The position numbers were made by a program, and so were the translations under genes. DNA of 64,000 nucleotides from Octopus sinensis (taxonomy: Eukaryota). Numbering within the stretch: position 1 is the stretch's first letter; each line of letters begins with the position of its first letter. Shown piece after piece: positions 61,581-64,000 of this stretch. The notes under the pieces were generated by a model that had not been told where the DNA came from, did not search any database, and saw nothing but the letters and a program-made list of their open reading frames with translations. The stretch lies in contig NC_043001.1 in NCBI RefSeq assembly GCF_006345805.1, positions 134,416,001 to 134,480,000 of the forward strand. The letters are read 5' to 3'.

Positions 61581-64000
61581 GATTCTATGTGGTTCAGAAA
61601 TCAGATTACTGTTCGTTGTCAAGAAAGTGCTACACACAGTAAAGCAGCAAGTTCAGTCCTTAAATGGTAACTCAGAAGAAGCCAAATCATCTATTTGTAC
61701 TACTACCCAATTTCTACATTAACTTTGTAGTGTTTAGATGAGGATCTGATTCAACTGTTCTAGAGACATATTGGAAAGATCAAAACCATTTTTAACCTTA
61801 TGATAAAAAATAAGCCATAAGTACAACTATATCAAAATAAGTATAAATATTACAAAATATTTCTGCAATCGGTATGGCTCAAAGTCTAACCAGTCAAATC
61901 ATTAGTTAAAACTGAATAACGACTAATATACTAGCAACACATTAAGATTACAAGACGTATTGCATACAGAATTAACCTAAATGAAATACTGTGCGCTAGG
62001 AAGGGTAACTTACTGATATGTTTTTAATGAGGCTAAACTAAGCAATCATTAGCCTACTACATAAGGACTTTGATAGGGATCCAAATATAAAGTAAGAACC
62101 AGCAAATGAGTGCACGAGTTTAAGGTCAATTGAGTTGAAGAACATTCTGCACCATCTTACGTGATACTTAAGGTTTTCAAAAGCAAACTTATTAAAGACT
62201 TAAGTTTTAAGTAGGAAAGATGACAATTGGTGGTAACAGTTTTTCTCCCTATCAGAGTTAAGGGCAGATTCTAGGACTTTTTTAAATTTTGTTAGAACTA
62301 TGATGCTGTATGGTAAGTGAAGTATATGCCTCAAATGCAGAGGACTTTAAAGCGCTGATCACAATGTGAAGGAAAGCTTGCAGAAGAGGGATAGCTTTCA
62401 AGACAATAGGACAAAATAGTGAAGGCTGATTTACAAGACCGTAACCATACAAAGGTGACAAAAGACCAGTATAGCTGGTGCTATGTAATCGTCAAAATCT
62501 TCCACATTGATGAAACAGATTTCTGGAAAAAAAACACTGCATAACACCCCTCCCTCTTCAAGGCATCACCTAACTGCATACTTCAACTTTTCACTACTTG
62601 CTACATGGGGTGGGGGAGGAAGGTACTTGTTATCTAGCATTTATTCTATACCACCTTCGCCATATCTTTTAGATTACCCAACTGTATCATCTAACACCAC
62701 ACTTTTACAACTCAATCATGTCATTTCTCACTCACCCATCCTAGCCTCCACTTGTTTTACTGTTTTGCTTCTCTTCAACCACCCTACCACATCCCACTGC
62801 TGGTCATCTTGTCTTTTCTACCACCCAACTCTTGCATCATTTACCCCCCCCCACAACCGTATCCAATTTCTACAGTCATCACCTACTCTTCCCTACTTAA
62901 CATGTGCTCTTTATATTCACTCATCCACTCCCTATCTCTAATCACTCTTCACACTTCCTGTTATCCTCACAAACTAATCCTTATGGGATCTACTTGATAC
63001 CTCATCACATATCTTTCCAACCCTAACTTGGTCATCCTCTTTTCTATGAGTGGCTTACGTAGCTTTGTGGAAAGCTGTTCTGACCCCGTTCTCCACACTT
63101 TAACCCCTCATCTCAAGAGAAGCCACTGACCTGTCTATTCTGGCCCCTCAAAAGGGATTTTAGTCTTGCTGGCTGCATACTGACCTCACTAAAGCTGGTA
63201 CCACGATAAGAGGGGAGGGGGCACTCAGTACACGCAGTAAAGTGGCTGGTATTAGGAAAGTTATCTAACTGTAGAAACCGTCAAAGCAGACGATGAAGCA
63301 CAATGCAGTTTTTGGAACCATTGAATCCTGTTAAACCATTCAACTTATGCAAGCATGGAATACAGACAAATGATTAAGGGAAAAAAGCAGGAAGAAATTC
63401 CATAGTGTACTCACTATAAACTATGGACACAGAAGAAAGACTTCCTCCCGTCCCTCCCCCTTTTGGATACGGAGATTCCGGAAAATTGCCAAAAATCGGC
63501 ATTTTGAAATTTCGGCCCCTTCCTCCTTAATTTCTTCAATTTTCACTTGTTTCCCCTAACCGTAACCCTAAAACCCCAACTGTACTGTAACTACAAAAAT
63601 TTGGGGGAATTTTTTCAGAATCATAATCTCCGTATTTTTCCGCATTTTTTTTTTTTTTTCATTTCTGGAAAAAAATTTACAAAATATTTTTCAGAATCAT
63701 TTTATTTTCCGCATTTTTTTTTTTTTTGGCGGGGGGGATTTGAAAGAGTCCAGAATGAGGTGGGGAGGGCTAATTTCAAAATACCTATTTTTGTCCATTC
63801 GTATTCTCCGTGTAGAAAGTGTTCTTTGGTGGGTACAAACGAAGTCTTGTCGAGAAGAATAGTAGTTTACAGACAGACTAGTTAGTAAGAATTCACGTGA
63901 AAAATTTCTTCAAATACTCAGCTTTTGAAAGCATAATTGTCAGAGAAAGAAGAGGATGACACATTTTCAAGAAGCCTATTTCTGATAGCGACTAATGACC

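Noticed and set aside
62507-62997. 144-aa and 81-aa Ser/Pro/Leu-rich ORFs
   Set aside because: Pyrimidine-rich antisense strand of decayed repeat sequence; no domain signal.

Overview
AT-rich, intron-rich animal genomic DNA. The SINE, RTE and Penelope-like repeat repertoire looks like an octopus (coleoid cephalopod); that assignment is pattern recognition, not a search result. Two convergent protein genes are present. (1) The 3' 26 coding exons of USP7 on + (112-31959; catalytic domain, UBL domains and stop codon). All have GT-AG borders and keep frame; the 5' exons lie upstream of the window. (2) Exons 2-4 of a beta-tubulin on - (56102-52431); exon 1 was not found in the window. Introns and the ~20 kb spacer are full of transposon relics: a full-length decayed piggyBac, mariners, hAT and piggyBac MITEs, two Helitron-type elements, CR1/L2 and RTE LINEs, a CRE-like RT fragment and four SINE-like families. 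The most unusual signal is a palindromic element present in two copies (31233-31625, 40929-41287). It consists of head-to-head tRNA-like Pol III heads, each followed by a Penelope-pLTR-like arm, and the consensus of the arms is a minimal, dimer-type hammerhead ribozyme. A second fold-back with outward-facing hammerhead-like remnants lies at 60400-60886. Several intronic inverted repeats and hairpins could form dsRNA in the USP7 pre-mRNA.
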